This document shows positions 6,739 through 15,731 of a DNA stretch of 30,280 bases, piece after piece. The stretch is from Candidatus Hydrogenedentota bacterium (GTDB lineage Bacteria > Hydrogenedentota > Hydrogenedentia > Hydrogenedentales > SLHB01). Below the pieces are notes generated by a model, which was not told where the DNA came from, made no database searches, and worked only from the letters and a program-made list of their open reading frames with translations. The DNA lies in assembly GCA_034408725.1 (NCBI GenBank), contig JAWXCN010000170.1:1-30280 (forward strand), in the 5' to 3' direction. The number at the start of each line of letters is the position of its first letter. Positions within the stretch are counted from its first letter, which is position 1. A program made the translations under genes and the position numbers.

Positions 6739-8730
6739 CTATAGTACTTCGGCGCGGCGGCGGCGGATTCGCATCGCGCCAATGATCGCCAACCCAAGCC
6801 CCAACACAAGACCGCCAACGATTCCCATCGCGGGTACTGGCGGGAAATCGAGCGGGTCCGTGGGATCTGTCCCAAAACTCACTTCCGTTCCATCGAGCAC
6901 GCCATCCCCATCGGTGTCGGGAAGCGTTGGATCTGAGAGATAGGTAGTGACTTCGTCAAAGTCGCCAAGTCCGTCACCATCCGTATCTCCGGAGGTCGGA
7001 TCGGAACCATAAGTATTCACTTCGACCCCGTCGTCTATACCATCGCCATCAGTATCGACGACAAGCGGGTCACTGCCGTAGACGTTCATTTCGTCGCCAT
7101 CATTCAGGCCATCGTTATCTGTATCAGCGTCGTCCGGCTGCGTGCCAATGACGTTGACTTCATCGCCATCCGTCAGGCCGTCGTTATCCGAGTCGCTGTC
7201 CAACGGGTCGGTGCCGTGTGTGTTGATCTCGGCGCCATCGCTCAGTCCATCGTTATCGGTATCGCTGTCGTCGGGCTGAGTACCGTGCGTATTGACCTCA
7301 GCGCCGTCGTCCAGGCCGTCGTTGTCTGAGTCGGTGTCGGTCGGGTCAGTGCCATGCGTGATCACTTCCGCTCCGTCATCCAGGCCGTCACTATCCGAAT
7401 CGGTGTCAAGCGGATCCGAATTGTACGTGTTCACTTCGTCACCATCGTCCAACAAATCGTTGTCGGAATCAGGATCGTTCGGATTCGTCCCGAGCGTTCC
7501 CTCTTCCACGTCGCTAAGGCCGTCCCCATCCGTGTCGGGAGCCCCTGTGCCGACGATTTTGAAAATCTCGCCGTCGTCGTAGTCGACGATATATAGCTCG
7601 CCGTCGGCGTCCTCTCCAAACGACGCGACAGAGCTGATTTCGCGCGCGCCGGGCGGATCGAGTTCGCCCGTGCCTCCAGTCAGCCTTATTGTAAAGTTCT
7701 GTACCGACCCGTTGTATTCGAGGGATCGGATTTCAGCAAAGATAAAGTCTGCGTAGAAATAAGTCCCTTGCAGACCCGAAATGGCCGTGCCACGATAGAC
7801 ATACCCGCCGCTAATGGAATGCCCGTCGCTGCGCGGGTAGTCAAGTATCGGCGGGGTGAAGCCGGGATTCGTGCCGCAAGTGCCGCCACCGCCAAGGCAC
7901 TCGAAACCTTCCGCGACGTCCCATCCATAATTCTCCTCACCAGTGCTCGCGCCATCCTGGAAATTCACTTCCTCCGCGAATCCCTGGCCAACATCGGCTA
8001 TCCACAGGTCGCCAGTGGTCCGATCAAAACTGCACCGCCAGGGATTACGGAGTCCATAGGACCAAATCCGGTCTTCGCCAGGCGTTGCGCCGAAGAAAGG
8101 ATTCGTGCTGGGCGTATATGGCGCCGCGGCGTCCACGTCAAGCCGGAGTATTTTTCCCAGATTCGTATTGATATCCTGTCCCGCGTCGAGCGGATCGTCG
8201 CCGCCGCCGCCGTCGCCCGAAGCGATGTACAGATAGCCGTCATTCGGGCTGAAACCCATCCAGCCTCCATTGTGATTGGTCTCGTATTGATCGAAAGAAT
8301 GGAAGACAACCGCGCTGCCACTGTTCGCCACGTTTGGATTCCCCGAAACCGTATACCGCGCAATTATGGTGTCGCCGGGGTAAGTGCTTTGGTCGATATA
8401 GTTCACATAAAAAAAGCCGTTCACCTGGTAATTGGGATGGAAAGCTAGACCCAGCAGCCCCCGCTCGCCGCCAGTCTGCACAAGCGAGCTCAAATTCAAA
8501 AATGGAGTCCCGAGGACAGTGCCGTTTTCGATTACCTTGATTACTCCGCCTTGCTCGACCACGAAAAGCCGCGTCGAGTCTCCGGGTGAATGGGTCACAA
8601 ATAAGGGGTTCGTAAATCCATCCGCAACGAATTCAGATGCCACGGGAACCGCCGACGCCCACGGAATAAGAAACGCACTGAAAAGGCAAACCGCGACCGT
8701 CCGGGAAATATTGTAATGCACTATGCCCAC
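6739..8730 (-). CDS. Secreted PQQ-dependent sugar dehydrogenase-like (GSDH beta-propeller) protein with Ca-binding repeats and C-terminal membrane/sorting signal
   Basis: Signal peptide (PWASA), GERGLLGLAFHP, NHNGG, YGLRNPWR and SISGGYVYRG. These are followed by ten DxDxDG repeats, then VPAMG-TM-RIRRRR. Confidence 0.9.
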   Translation of the reverse strand: MGIVHYNISRTVAVCLFSAFLIPWASAVPVASEFVADGFTNPLFVTHSPGDSTRLFVVEQGGVIKVIENGTVLGTPFLNLSSLVQTGGERGLLGLAFHPNYQVNGFFYVNYIDQSTYPGDTIIARYTVSGNPNVANSGSAVVFHSFDQYETNHNGGWMGFSPNDGYLYIASGDGGGGDDPLDAGQDINTNLGKILRLDVDAAAPYTPSTNPFFGATPGEDRIWSYGLRNPWRCSFDRTTGDLWIADVGQGFAEEVNFQDGASTGEENYGWDVAEGFECLGGGGTCGTNPGFTPPILDYPRSDGHSISGGYVYRGTAISGLQGTYFYADFIFAEIRSLEYNGSVQNFTIRLTGGTGELDPPGAREISSVASFGEDADGELYIVDYDDGEIFKIVGTGAPDTDGDGLSDVEEGTLGTNPNDPDSDNDLLDDGDEVNTYNSDPLDTDSDSDGLDDGAEVITHGTDPTDTDSDNDGLDDGAEVNTHGTQPDDSDTDNDGLSDGAEINTHGTDPLDSDSDNDGLTDGDEVNVIGTQPDDADTDNDGLNDGDEMNVYGSDPLVVDTDGDGIDDGVEVNTYGSDPTSGDTDGDGLGDFDEVTTYLSDPTLPDTDGDGVLDGTEVSFGTDPTDPLDFPPVPAMGIVGGLVLGLGLAIIGAMRIRRRRAEVL
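6841..7536 (-). repeat. Ten intragenic 22-23 aa DxDxDGLxDGxE...GTDP calcium-binding (thrombospondin type 3-like) repeats
   Basis: Counted directly in the translation, from DTDGDGLSDVEE to DTDGDGVLDGTEVSFGTDPTDP. Confidence 0.9.
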
Positions 8731-8965
8731 CCTTGTTCAGTGCGAAACCTCGCACCCTGCATCCAAGTTGCTCAACCCACCCGACTGTAGCGGTTAATTT
8801 ATACCACAGCGTTTTAGAACTTTACCAACTTATACGGGATATTCGTATTTATTTATAGCTCATGGTAAGATATTGCATTGTTTCGACTTGCGACTTTCGT
8901 ATATTGCTCCTAATACGCAATTGAAGCTGCAATTTACACCCTTAAACAAGGACAATTCCCAAGAC

Positions 8966-9724
8966 ATGCCCAAAAGCTATTTAATCGATATGGACGGTGT
9001 CCTCGTCAGCGGACGGACCATCATTCCGGGTGCTGATCTTTTCATTAACCGCTTGGCTGACGCCAAAGTAAACTTCCTGGTCCTTACAAATAATCCCCTA
9101 TTCACTCAACGAGACCTTGCACACCGATTAAAGGTGGGCGGACTCGACATTCCAGCGGAGAATATCTTTACGTCCGCCATGGCAACCGCGCGCTTCCTTC
9201 AGTCGCAAAAGGAGCGCGGCAAAGCATTTGTCATTGGTGAAAGCGGGCTGACCGGGCCCATTCACGACATCGGATGGGTAATTACCGACCATGACCCGGA
9301 ATACGTCGTGCTCGGAGAAACTCTGAACTACAACTTCGAAATGGTGACGAAGGCCATCCGGTTTGTGGCCGCCGGCGCCCATTTCATTGCGACCAACCCC
9401 GATCCTTCGGGCCCGAGCGAGACAGGTCTCGTGCCCGCGTGCGGCGCGTTGGCTTCCCTTATTGAAAAGGCCAGCGGGATGATGCCGTTTTTCGTGGGAA
9501 AGCCCAACCCATTGATGATGCGAATGGCGTTGAAATACCTGGGCGTGCATACCGAGGACACCATCATGGTTGGCGACCGCATGGACACCGACATTATCGC
9601 GGGGGTACAGAGCGGTTTGGAGACTATACTTGTGTTAAGCGGGGTGACAGCGCGAACGGACATTCGCCGTTTCCCGTATCAGCCGACACATATTGTCGCG
9701 TCGGTTGCGGACATTCAGCCGTAA
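8966..9724 (+). CDS. HAD-IIA family hydrolase (NagD-like)
   Basis: DMDGV, LTNN, GKP and GDRMDTDI motifs. The ATG at 8966 is preferred over the TTG at 8873. Confidence 0.9.
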   Translation: MPKSYLIDMDGVLVSGRTIIPGADLFINRLADAKVNFLVLTNNPLFTQRDLAHRLKVGGLDIPAENIFTSAMATARFLQSQKERGKAFVIGESGLTGPIHDIGWVITDHDPEYVVLGETLNYNFEMVTKAIRFVAAGAHFIATNPDPSGPSETGLVPACGALASLIEKASGMMPFFVGKPNPLMMRMALKYLGVHTEDTIMVGDRMDTDIIAGVQSGLETILVLSGVTARTDIRRFPYQPTHIVASVADIQP

Positions 9725-9742
9725 CAGCATCGAGAGAGTGCA

Positions 9743-10774
9743 ATGAAAGCAGTGAAGTGGTTTGCGCCGCGGGACATGCGCCTTGTCGAGACGCCCAAGC
9801 CCACGCCTAAACCATACGAGGCGCTGATTCGAATCGAATCCACCGGCGTGTGCGGATCGGACATGCACTATTACGCCGAGGGGCGCATCGGAAAAACAAT
9901 CATCACTTCCCCAATTATCCTTGGCCACGAATATGCGGGAATCGTCGAAGACGTCGGCGCGGACGCCAATCGTTCGCTAATCGGAAAGCGCGTCGCCGTC
10001 GAGCCGGGCATCCCATGCACCCGCTGCGAGTTTTGCCTGAAAGGCCATTACAACGTCTGCCAAAATCTTCAGTTTCCCGGCGGGCCTCCCTACGATGGCG
10101 CATTGTGCGAGTATATCTGCGTACACGCGGCGTTCTGCTTTCCAGTGCCGGATTCGATGAGCGCGGCCGAAGCGGCGATGATCGAACCCCTCGCGGTGGC
10201 GCTGCATGCCATCGATCTCGCAAACATGAGACCCGGCGATACCGTCGCGATTTTGGGCTTGGGTCCGATCGGGTTGTTGACCGCGCTTGCCGCGCGCATC
10301 GCGGGAGCGGGGCGCATCTACGGATGCGATCTGCTGGATTATCGCGTGGAAGCCGCGCGCGCGCACGGGATAGACCACGCGTTTAACGCGAAGAACGAAC
10401 CCGAGCCGGACACAATCATGCGCGAGACGAACGGGCGCGGAGTAGATGTGGCTTTCGATTGCGCGCGTTCCATCGACACGCCCGCCGTCGCCTGCCGAAT
10501 CGCGCGGCCAGCCGGACGCTGTATTCTCGTCGGCATCTCCGGCGAGGAGAATGGCGTCTTTCCCGTCGACATCGCGCGGCGCAAGGAATTAACGCTGACG
10601 TGGTGCAGACGCTTCCTCTTTAATTTCCCAACGGCAATCGACCTTGTCGCGACGGGCCGGATTGACGTGAAGTCCATGATCACACATTCTTTTCCACTCG
10701 AACAGTCTCTGGAAGCTTTCGAGTTGGTTTCGCATGCCGGGGACGGTGTGTTAAAGGCTTCGATTGATCAGTAG
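9743..10774 (+). CDS. Zinc-dependent medium-chain dehydrogenase (sorbitol/L-iditol dehydrogenase-like)
   Basis: GVCGSD, LGHE, structural Zn site CTRCEFC...NVC, IEPLAV and GLGPIG. Confidence 0.92.
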   Translation: MKAVKWFAPRDMRLVETPKPTPKPYEALIRIESTGVCGSDMHYYAEGRIGKTIITSPIILGHEYAGIVEDVGADANRSLIGKRVAVEPGIPCTRCEFCLKGHYNVCQNLQFPGGPPYDGALCEYICVHAAFCFPVPDSMSAAEAAMIEPLAVALHAIDLANMRPGDTVAILGLGPIGLLTALAARIAGAGRIYGCDLLDYRVEAARAHGIDHAFNAKNEPEPDTIMRETNGRGVDVAFDCARSIDTPAVACRIARPAGRCILVGISGEENGVFPVDIARRKELTLTWCRRFLFNFPTAIDLVATGRIDVKSMITHSFPLEQSLEAFELVSHAGDGVLKASIDQ

Positions 10775-10810
10775 GCAAGGTGCAGGCAGAAAACGTGAAA
10801 CGGGGGCGGA

Positions 10811-12199
10811 ATGATTAAAAAGATTCTGAAGTGGGCTGCGGTGATATTTTTCGTGTTGCTCGTGCTGTTCGTCATCTTTGTCGGGCCGTGGCCGGCATAT
10901 GAAGCGAGCGACGTAACGAAAGAAGGCTACTTCCAGGACGCCATCGCGCTCGTGGACAAAAATCTCGCCGAAACAACAATCGGAAAACAATTAGGGGTCT
11001 TGAAAGCCGGGTGGGGCAAGGCAACGATCACGCCGCCCATTGGCACACCGCTCTCCGGCTATGGTGATCGAGAAGGAAAACCCTCTACCGGAGTGCATGA
11101 CGACGTCTTCGTGCGCGCGCTCGCGCTGAGCGACGGCACGGATACCGTGGTCATTGTCGGCTCGGACATGCTCATCGTTCCGGACAACATCGCGAACATC
11201 GCGCGGGCGGACGCAGCGGCCCAGACTTCGTTGACGCCCAACGACATCCTGTTCAATGCATCGCATACCCATTGCGGTCCCGGGGCATGGGCGCCGGGAC
11301 TCGCCGGTACGGCCTTCTCCGGACAGTTCAATGAAGCCATTACGACCGAAATTGGCCACGAGTTCGGTGAGGCCATCATCGCCGCATTCAAAGCCCTCGA
11401 ACCCGCCGAAATCGCTCACGGTACGCTCGACGTTCCCGACTACATCCGCAACCGCGTCCGCGACGCGGGCACGGACAACCAGCTCAAGTTTCTCCGTGTT
11501 AAACAGCAGGACGGCGACGAATGCTACCTATCCTCCTACTCCGCGCATCCCACCGTCCTCGGCGGCGGAACCATGGAATTCTCCGCGGATTATCCCGGCT
11601 ACCTCTATCGTTATATAGAAGCGCAAACGGGAAAATTTGCAATGTACCTCGGCGGCGCCGTGGGCAGCATGGGTCCGAAAATTTCGGGCCCCGACGGATT
11701 CACCAAAGCCCAAATCATGGGCGAAGCACTGGCCACAAAAGTCTTGGACGCGGCTAAGGATGCCAAATTTACGAACAGCGTCGAAATCGCGTCGGTCGGC
11801 TTTCCGTTCAAAATCCCATCGATGCAATTCACGCCGATGGGCCGCAGTTGGCGCGTATCGCCCTACCTTGTGCCGATGCTCGGTATCGACAACATCGCGT
11901 GGGTCCAGGGCATCCGCGTCGGCGATATGTTCTTCTATGGGACGCCATGCGACATGAGCGGCGAAATAGCCGTGGACATGAAGCAATGGGCGAAAGACAA
12001 GAGCGTGGACCTGTGGGTGCTCAGCTTTTGCGGCGACTACATCGGGTATGTCTCTCCACAGAAATACTATGAAACCGCGGATCCGAATGGCGACGAAGCC
12101 TACGAAATGTACCTCATGTCCTGGTTCGGCCCAAATCAGGAACCGTTCTTCACCGGAGTCATGGAACATATGATCCAGAAAATGTATGCCGCGCTGTAA
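10811..12199 (+). CDS. Neutral/alkaline ceramidase-family protein with N-terminal membrane anchor
   Basis: ITPPIGTPLSGY, VHDDVFVRAL, NASHTHCGP, YSAHPT, SADYPG and GYV...YE. Confidence 0.8.
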   Translation: MIKKILKWAAVIFFVLLVLFVIFVGPWPAYEASDVTKEGYFQDAIALVDKNLAETTIGKQLGVLKAGWGKATITPPIGTPLSGYGDREGKPSTGVHDDVFVRALALSDGTDTVVIVGSDMLIVPDNIANIARADAAAQTSLTPNDILFNASHTHCGPGAWAPGLAGTAFSGQFNEAITTEIGHEFGEAIIAAFKALEPAEIAHGTLDVPDYIRNRVRDAGTDNQLKFLRVKQQDGDECYLSSYSAHPTVLGGGTMEFSADYPGYLYRYIEAQTGKFAMYLGGAVGSMGPKISGPDGFTKAQIMGEALATKVLDAAKDAKFTNSVEIASVGFPFKIPSMQFTPMGRSWRVSPYLVPMLGIDNIAWVQGIRVGDMFFYGTPCDMSGEIAVDMKQWAKDKSVDLWVLSFCGDYIGYVSPQKYYETADPNGDEAYEMYLMSWFGPNQEPFFTGVMEHMIQKMYAAL

Positions 12200-13563
12200 T
12201 GTCCATGGATGAGCAATCGCTCGAAACGTCGATCCTTTCGCCGCCACTCGTCGAGGCGCAACCGCTTCGCCTGCTGGTTCCGGCCCTGCTGGTAATCGCT
12301 GGCATGTTGGTCCTTGGCGTCCTCGCCTATCGGGAGCGCGCATGGATCGACACACAGGTTTGGAAAGATGCGCTGATCGTTCGCTCATCGGGTGATATCC
12401 CAGATGGAGCTATCGCCGCGCGTATGCGCTTTATTGATGCATCAAACTTTCCAGGCACGCCCGAACTGGAACTGGCAGGCAATTCGCTGTTGCCCAATAT
12501 CGATTGGAATCCGCGCGAACGATTAACTGCGTTGGACATGCCCGACGGTGTTTGGGCAACCGTGATTGAATCCGGTTCGGTCCCCGCCCCAAATTCCAAT
12601 GAAGTCATCGCCGGCGCGCTTTGCCGCCTCAATACCTTTTCCGTCGATGGCCAGGTGTTTACCGTGGTGGGCAAACTTCAATCCGGCACTCCGGGGCTGT
12701 CATTTTCTTACCTATGTCGCGAAAGCGAAGCAATGATCTTTCTCATGCACGCAGAAGGCGAACCCGGCTGGATCGATCCGCAGGGGCAAACGCGGGCGCA
12801 CGAAGAATTGGAATCTGAAATCGATGAAAACGCAAGCATCGTTATGCCGTTCGCACCTGTTTCCAAACCGGTGTCGTTTGTCGCTTTGGGGGCGATTGCG
12901 CTGATTGTGTGTGGAGCGGGCTTCGCGCAGGTCCGCATTGTTCGTCATCTCGCAAAGCACTTCGAGATCGTCCGTTGGTTTGTCGCCCCGGCAATTGAAT
13001 ATCGCGGATTGTTCATCGCCATGCATGCGCTATGTTACGGCGCATACTTTGTCCCCTCCATTGTGGCCGTCTGGGCGCCAGTACAAAACCTCACCCTGCT
13101 CACGATTGTAAGCGGGTTTTTTACCGAGGGAGACCTGAGTCATATCGGCGACGCCTATATCTCGGGAAACGTATTCGCCGCGGCCTGGGCAACGTTCTAT
13201 AATAATTTTATCGTACAGACGCTCTACCTCAGCATACTCCCTTCTCTGTTGATTCCGTTCATTGGAGTACTCAAGACTGCCTTCAGCCTGTTGATCGCTG
13301 GATTCGCACTCTCGCCGATTTGGACAAGTCTCATCGAAAAAATGACTTTCCACTCCGTCACGCTGTCGTTCGAATGCGAAGCCTACATTTTCGCGGCGTT
13401 TGCCATGAGCGCATACGTGCTGTACATCGTTCGATGGTTCAATGGAAAGCGCGAAAGTTTCACAAGCGCAATACAGGTAGTGGTTTCAGGAACGCTGCTC
13501 TCCGCCGCAATCCTCATAATCGCCGCGCTTTTCGAGGCCGCGACGCTGATTGCGTGGAGTTAG
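12199..13563 (+). CDS. Membrane protein: TM + MacB-like periplasmic domain + SpoIIM-like TM domain
   Basis: TAATG overlap with the upstream gene. IESGSVP..NEVIAG..FTVVGKL, then TFYNNF, FHSVTLSFECEAY and LIIAALFEA. Confidence 0.6.
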   Translation: MSMDEQSLETSILSPPLVEAQPLRLLVPALLVIAGMLVLGVLAYRERAWIDTQVWKDALIVRSSGDIPDGAIAARMRFIDASNFPGTPELELAGNSLLPNIDWNPRERLTALDMPDGVWATVIESGSVPAPNSNEVIAGALCRLNTFSVDGQVFTVVGKLQSGTPGLSFSYLCRESEAMIFLMHAEGEPGWIDPQGQTRAHEELESEIDENASIVMPFAPVSKPVSFVALGAIALIVCGAGFAQVRIVRHLAKHFEIVRWFVAPAIEYRGLFIAMHALCYGAYFVPSIVAVWAPVQNLTLLTIVSGFFTEGDLSHIGDAYISGNVFAAAWATFYNNFIVQTLYLSILPSLLIPFIGVLKTAFSLLIAGFALSPIWTSLIEKMTFHSVTLSFECEAYIFAAFAMSAYVLYIVRWFNGKRESFTSAIQVVVSGTLLSAAILIIAALFEAATLIAWS

Positions 13564-13572
13564 TCGCGCGCG

Positions 13573-14397
13573 TTACCCGGCAGTGCTACCCGTGCGGTAG
13601 CCTGAAAGGTCCAGCGTCACGAATTTGTATCCCGCCGCGGTAACTTCGCGTACGATCGCCTGCCGGATTGCGTCGTCCACCAGTTTTGGTATGTCGTGCG
13701 GGTCGATCTCAATCCGGCAAGTGTCCCCATGATGCCGCGCGCGATACTGTTTGAATCCATACCGCTTCAACACTTCTTCCGCGCACTCGACTTTCTTCAG
13801 GTCCTCGACGGTAACCCGCGTGCCCACCGGAAACCGCGAAGACAAACATGCGAACGAGGGCTTGTCGTGCGTGGGCAGGTTCCGGTTCACACTTAGCGCG
13901 CGAATCTCCGCTTTGGTCAGTCCCGCATCCACCAGTGGCGCGACTACGCGGTATTCCTTCGCGGCCTTCGCGCCGAGACGCGTCGTATCGGTCAGGTCGT
14001 CGACGATCTCCCCATAGGCCATAATTGCGATGCCGGTCTTCTCCGCGTATGCGCTCATCGTCGCAAACAACTCCGACCTGCAGTGATAACAGCGCGTGCC
14101 ATCGTTACTAAGGTAGGCGTCATTGTCGAACTCGCTGGTGTGAATGATCTCGAAGTTCCACCCGCGGAGGTGCGCCAGGTCGGACGCTTCCGCCACTTCG
14201 GAGCGCGGTACGCTCGGAGAATCGGCAAGTAAAATGCGCGCGTTGGCCCCGAGCACATCGTTAGCAACATCGGAAAGATACGTCGAATCGACCCCGCCAG
14301 AATACGCCACCGCGAGGGCGCCATACTCCGACAAGAGCGCAATCAACTTCGCCTCTTTTGCCGCCAGCACACTGCTGTCTATATCCATCGCGATCAT
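13573..14397 (-). CDS. larE: LarE-family ATP-dependent sulfur transferase
   Basis: PP-loop AYSGGVDS, RCYHCR, KPSFACLSSRFP and VTLDLSGYRTGS. ATGA overlap with the mtaB stop. Confidence 0.88.
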   Translation of the reverse strand: MIAMDIDSSVLAAKEAKLIALLSEYGALAVAYSGGVDSTYLSDVANDVLGANARILLADSPSVPRSEVAEASDLAHLRGWNFEIIHTSEFDNDAYLSNDGTRCYHCRSELFATMSAYAEKTGIAIMAYGEIVDDLTDTTRLGAKAAKEYRVVAPLVDAGLTKAEIRALSVNRNLPTHDKPSFACLSSRFPVGTRVTVEDLKKVECAEEVLKRYGFKQYRARHHGDTCRIEIDPHDIPKLVDDAIRQAIVREVTAAGYKFVTLDLSGYRTGSTAG

Positions 14398-15731
14398 CGG
14401 GAAACCAACGCCTCCGATACCAGTGTACCCTCCATCAAGTCGCCGCACAATTGTTCAAGTCGCACTGTTTCAATAATATTTTTCATATCACTTGACGAAC
14501 GCACGGCAACACGGATGAAATTCCCCGTATACCCGGTCCAATAGCCATTTTCTTCGCACTCGAACAGCACGTCCATCTCGCGGCCGGAAAACTCCTTATA
14601 GAACGCTTCGCGTTTACCGGCACTAATGCGCCGGATAATCGCGCTCCGCCGGTTCATGGTCTGGGAATCGACCTTTCCGGCCAATTTGACTGATGCCGTG
14701 CCTGCACGTTCGCTGTACGTGAAGGCGTGGGCATACCGGACCGGGTTGTGTTCAAGCAATGCGACAGTCTCCGCAAACGCATCGTCACACTCACCGGGCA
14801 TGCCAACCATGATGTCCGTGCCGATGCAGAGATCAGGCACGGCGGCTTGCGCATGATTTATGAAATCAACAAACTCTTCACGCGTGTACCGTCGCTTCAT
14901 CAACCCTAGCACCTTGTTCGATCCCGATTGCATCGGAATATGGAGGTACGGCACAAGCGCGTGCGCCTCGTCGTTCATACGATCAAACACGCCATCCGGA
15001 ATCGTGGTCGGTTCAATCGAGCTGATGCGAATGCGCTCAATGCCCGGAATTTCGTTCAGCGCGTCGATCACGTCGAGGATACCGTTGCCCGCATAATCGT
15101 ACGTGCCAACATTCACGCCAGTAAGGACCAATTCTTTCGCGCCGCGACCGGCGAGTTGCCGCGCCTCTTCTAGCAAGTTCGCGAACTCACGGCTTCGCGC
15201 CCGGCCTCGCGCAAACGGAATAATGCAGAAACTACACATGAAATCGCAGCCATCCTGAATCTTCAAATTTGCGCGGCGGGACACGGGTGCGTCGCCCACC
15301 ACTTCGATCGTGAAATCATCGCAGTCAATGCGATCGCGCACTATCACCGGACGATTATTTTTGCCTTGCGCGGCATAGGCCAGGACATTCAGCTTTTCCT
15401 GATTACCGACAATCAGGTCCACGCCTTCGATCTCGGAAATAGCCTTGAAACCCATTTGCGCGTAGCAACCAATCACCGCGGTATAGGCATCGGGGTTCTT
15501 GCGAACGAATGCTCTCACCAATTGGCGTGATTTCGAATCCGCCTCTCCCGTGACCGTGCATGTGTTGATGATACCGAGATCGGCGGTTTCACCGAACGGC
15601 ACAAGTTCATACCCTTGCGCCCGCAACTGTTCCGCAATAATCGCGGACTCAGACTGGTTCAACCGGCATCCGAGCGTGTGGACCGATGCGCGCTTTCGCG
15701 ACGGCGCCGCGCCTGTCGCCTCAGCCGTCAC
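14394..15731 (-). CDS. mtaB: tRNA t6A37 methylthiotransferase (radical SAM)
   Basis: HTLGCRLNQSES, INTCTVT, GCYAQ, KIQDGCDFMCSFCIIP (CX3CX2C), RIRISSIEP and a TRAM-like C-terminus. GTGA overlap with the pepA stop. Confidence 0.92.
   Translation of the reverse strand: MTAEATGAAPSRKRASVHTLGCRLNQSESAIIAEQLRAQGYELVPFGETADLGIINTCTVTGEADSKSRQLVRAFVRKNPDAYTAVIGCYAQMGFKAISEIEGVDLIVGNQEKLNVLAYAAQGKNNRPVIVRDRIDCDDFTIEVVGDAPVSRRANLKIQDGCDFMCSFCIIPFARGRARSREFANLLEEARQLAGRGAKELVLTGVNVGTYDYAGNGILDVIDALNEIPGIERIRISSIEPTTIPDGVFDRMNDEAHALVPYLHIPMQSGSNKVLGLMKRRYTREEFVDFINHAQAAVPDLCIGTDIMVGMPGECDDAFAETVALLEHNPVRYAHAFTYSERAGTASVKLAGKVDSQTMNRRSAIIRRISAGKREAFYKEFSGREMDVLFECEENGYWTGYTGNFIRVAVRSSSDMKNIIETVRLEQLCGDLMEGTLVSEALVSR

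Noticed and set aside
6841-7536. About 69-bp periodic DNA as a possible CRISPR array
   Set aside because: The units are degenerate in-frame codons of protein Ca-binding repeats, with no invariant repeat/unique spacer structure and no cas genes.
8740-8755. GTGCGA-AACC-TCGCAC hairpin upstream of the PQQ dehydrogenase-like gene
   Set aside because: It is only a 6-bp stem with no riboswitch or operator consensus recognised.
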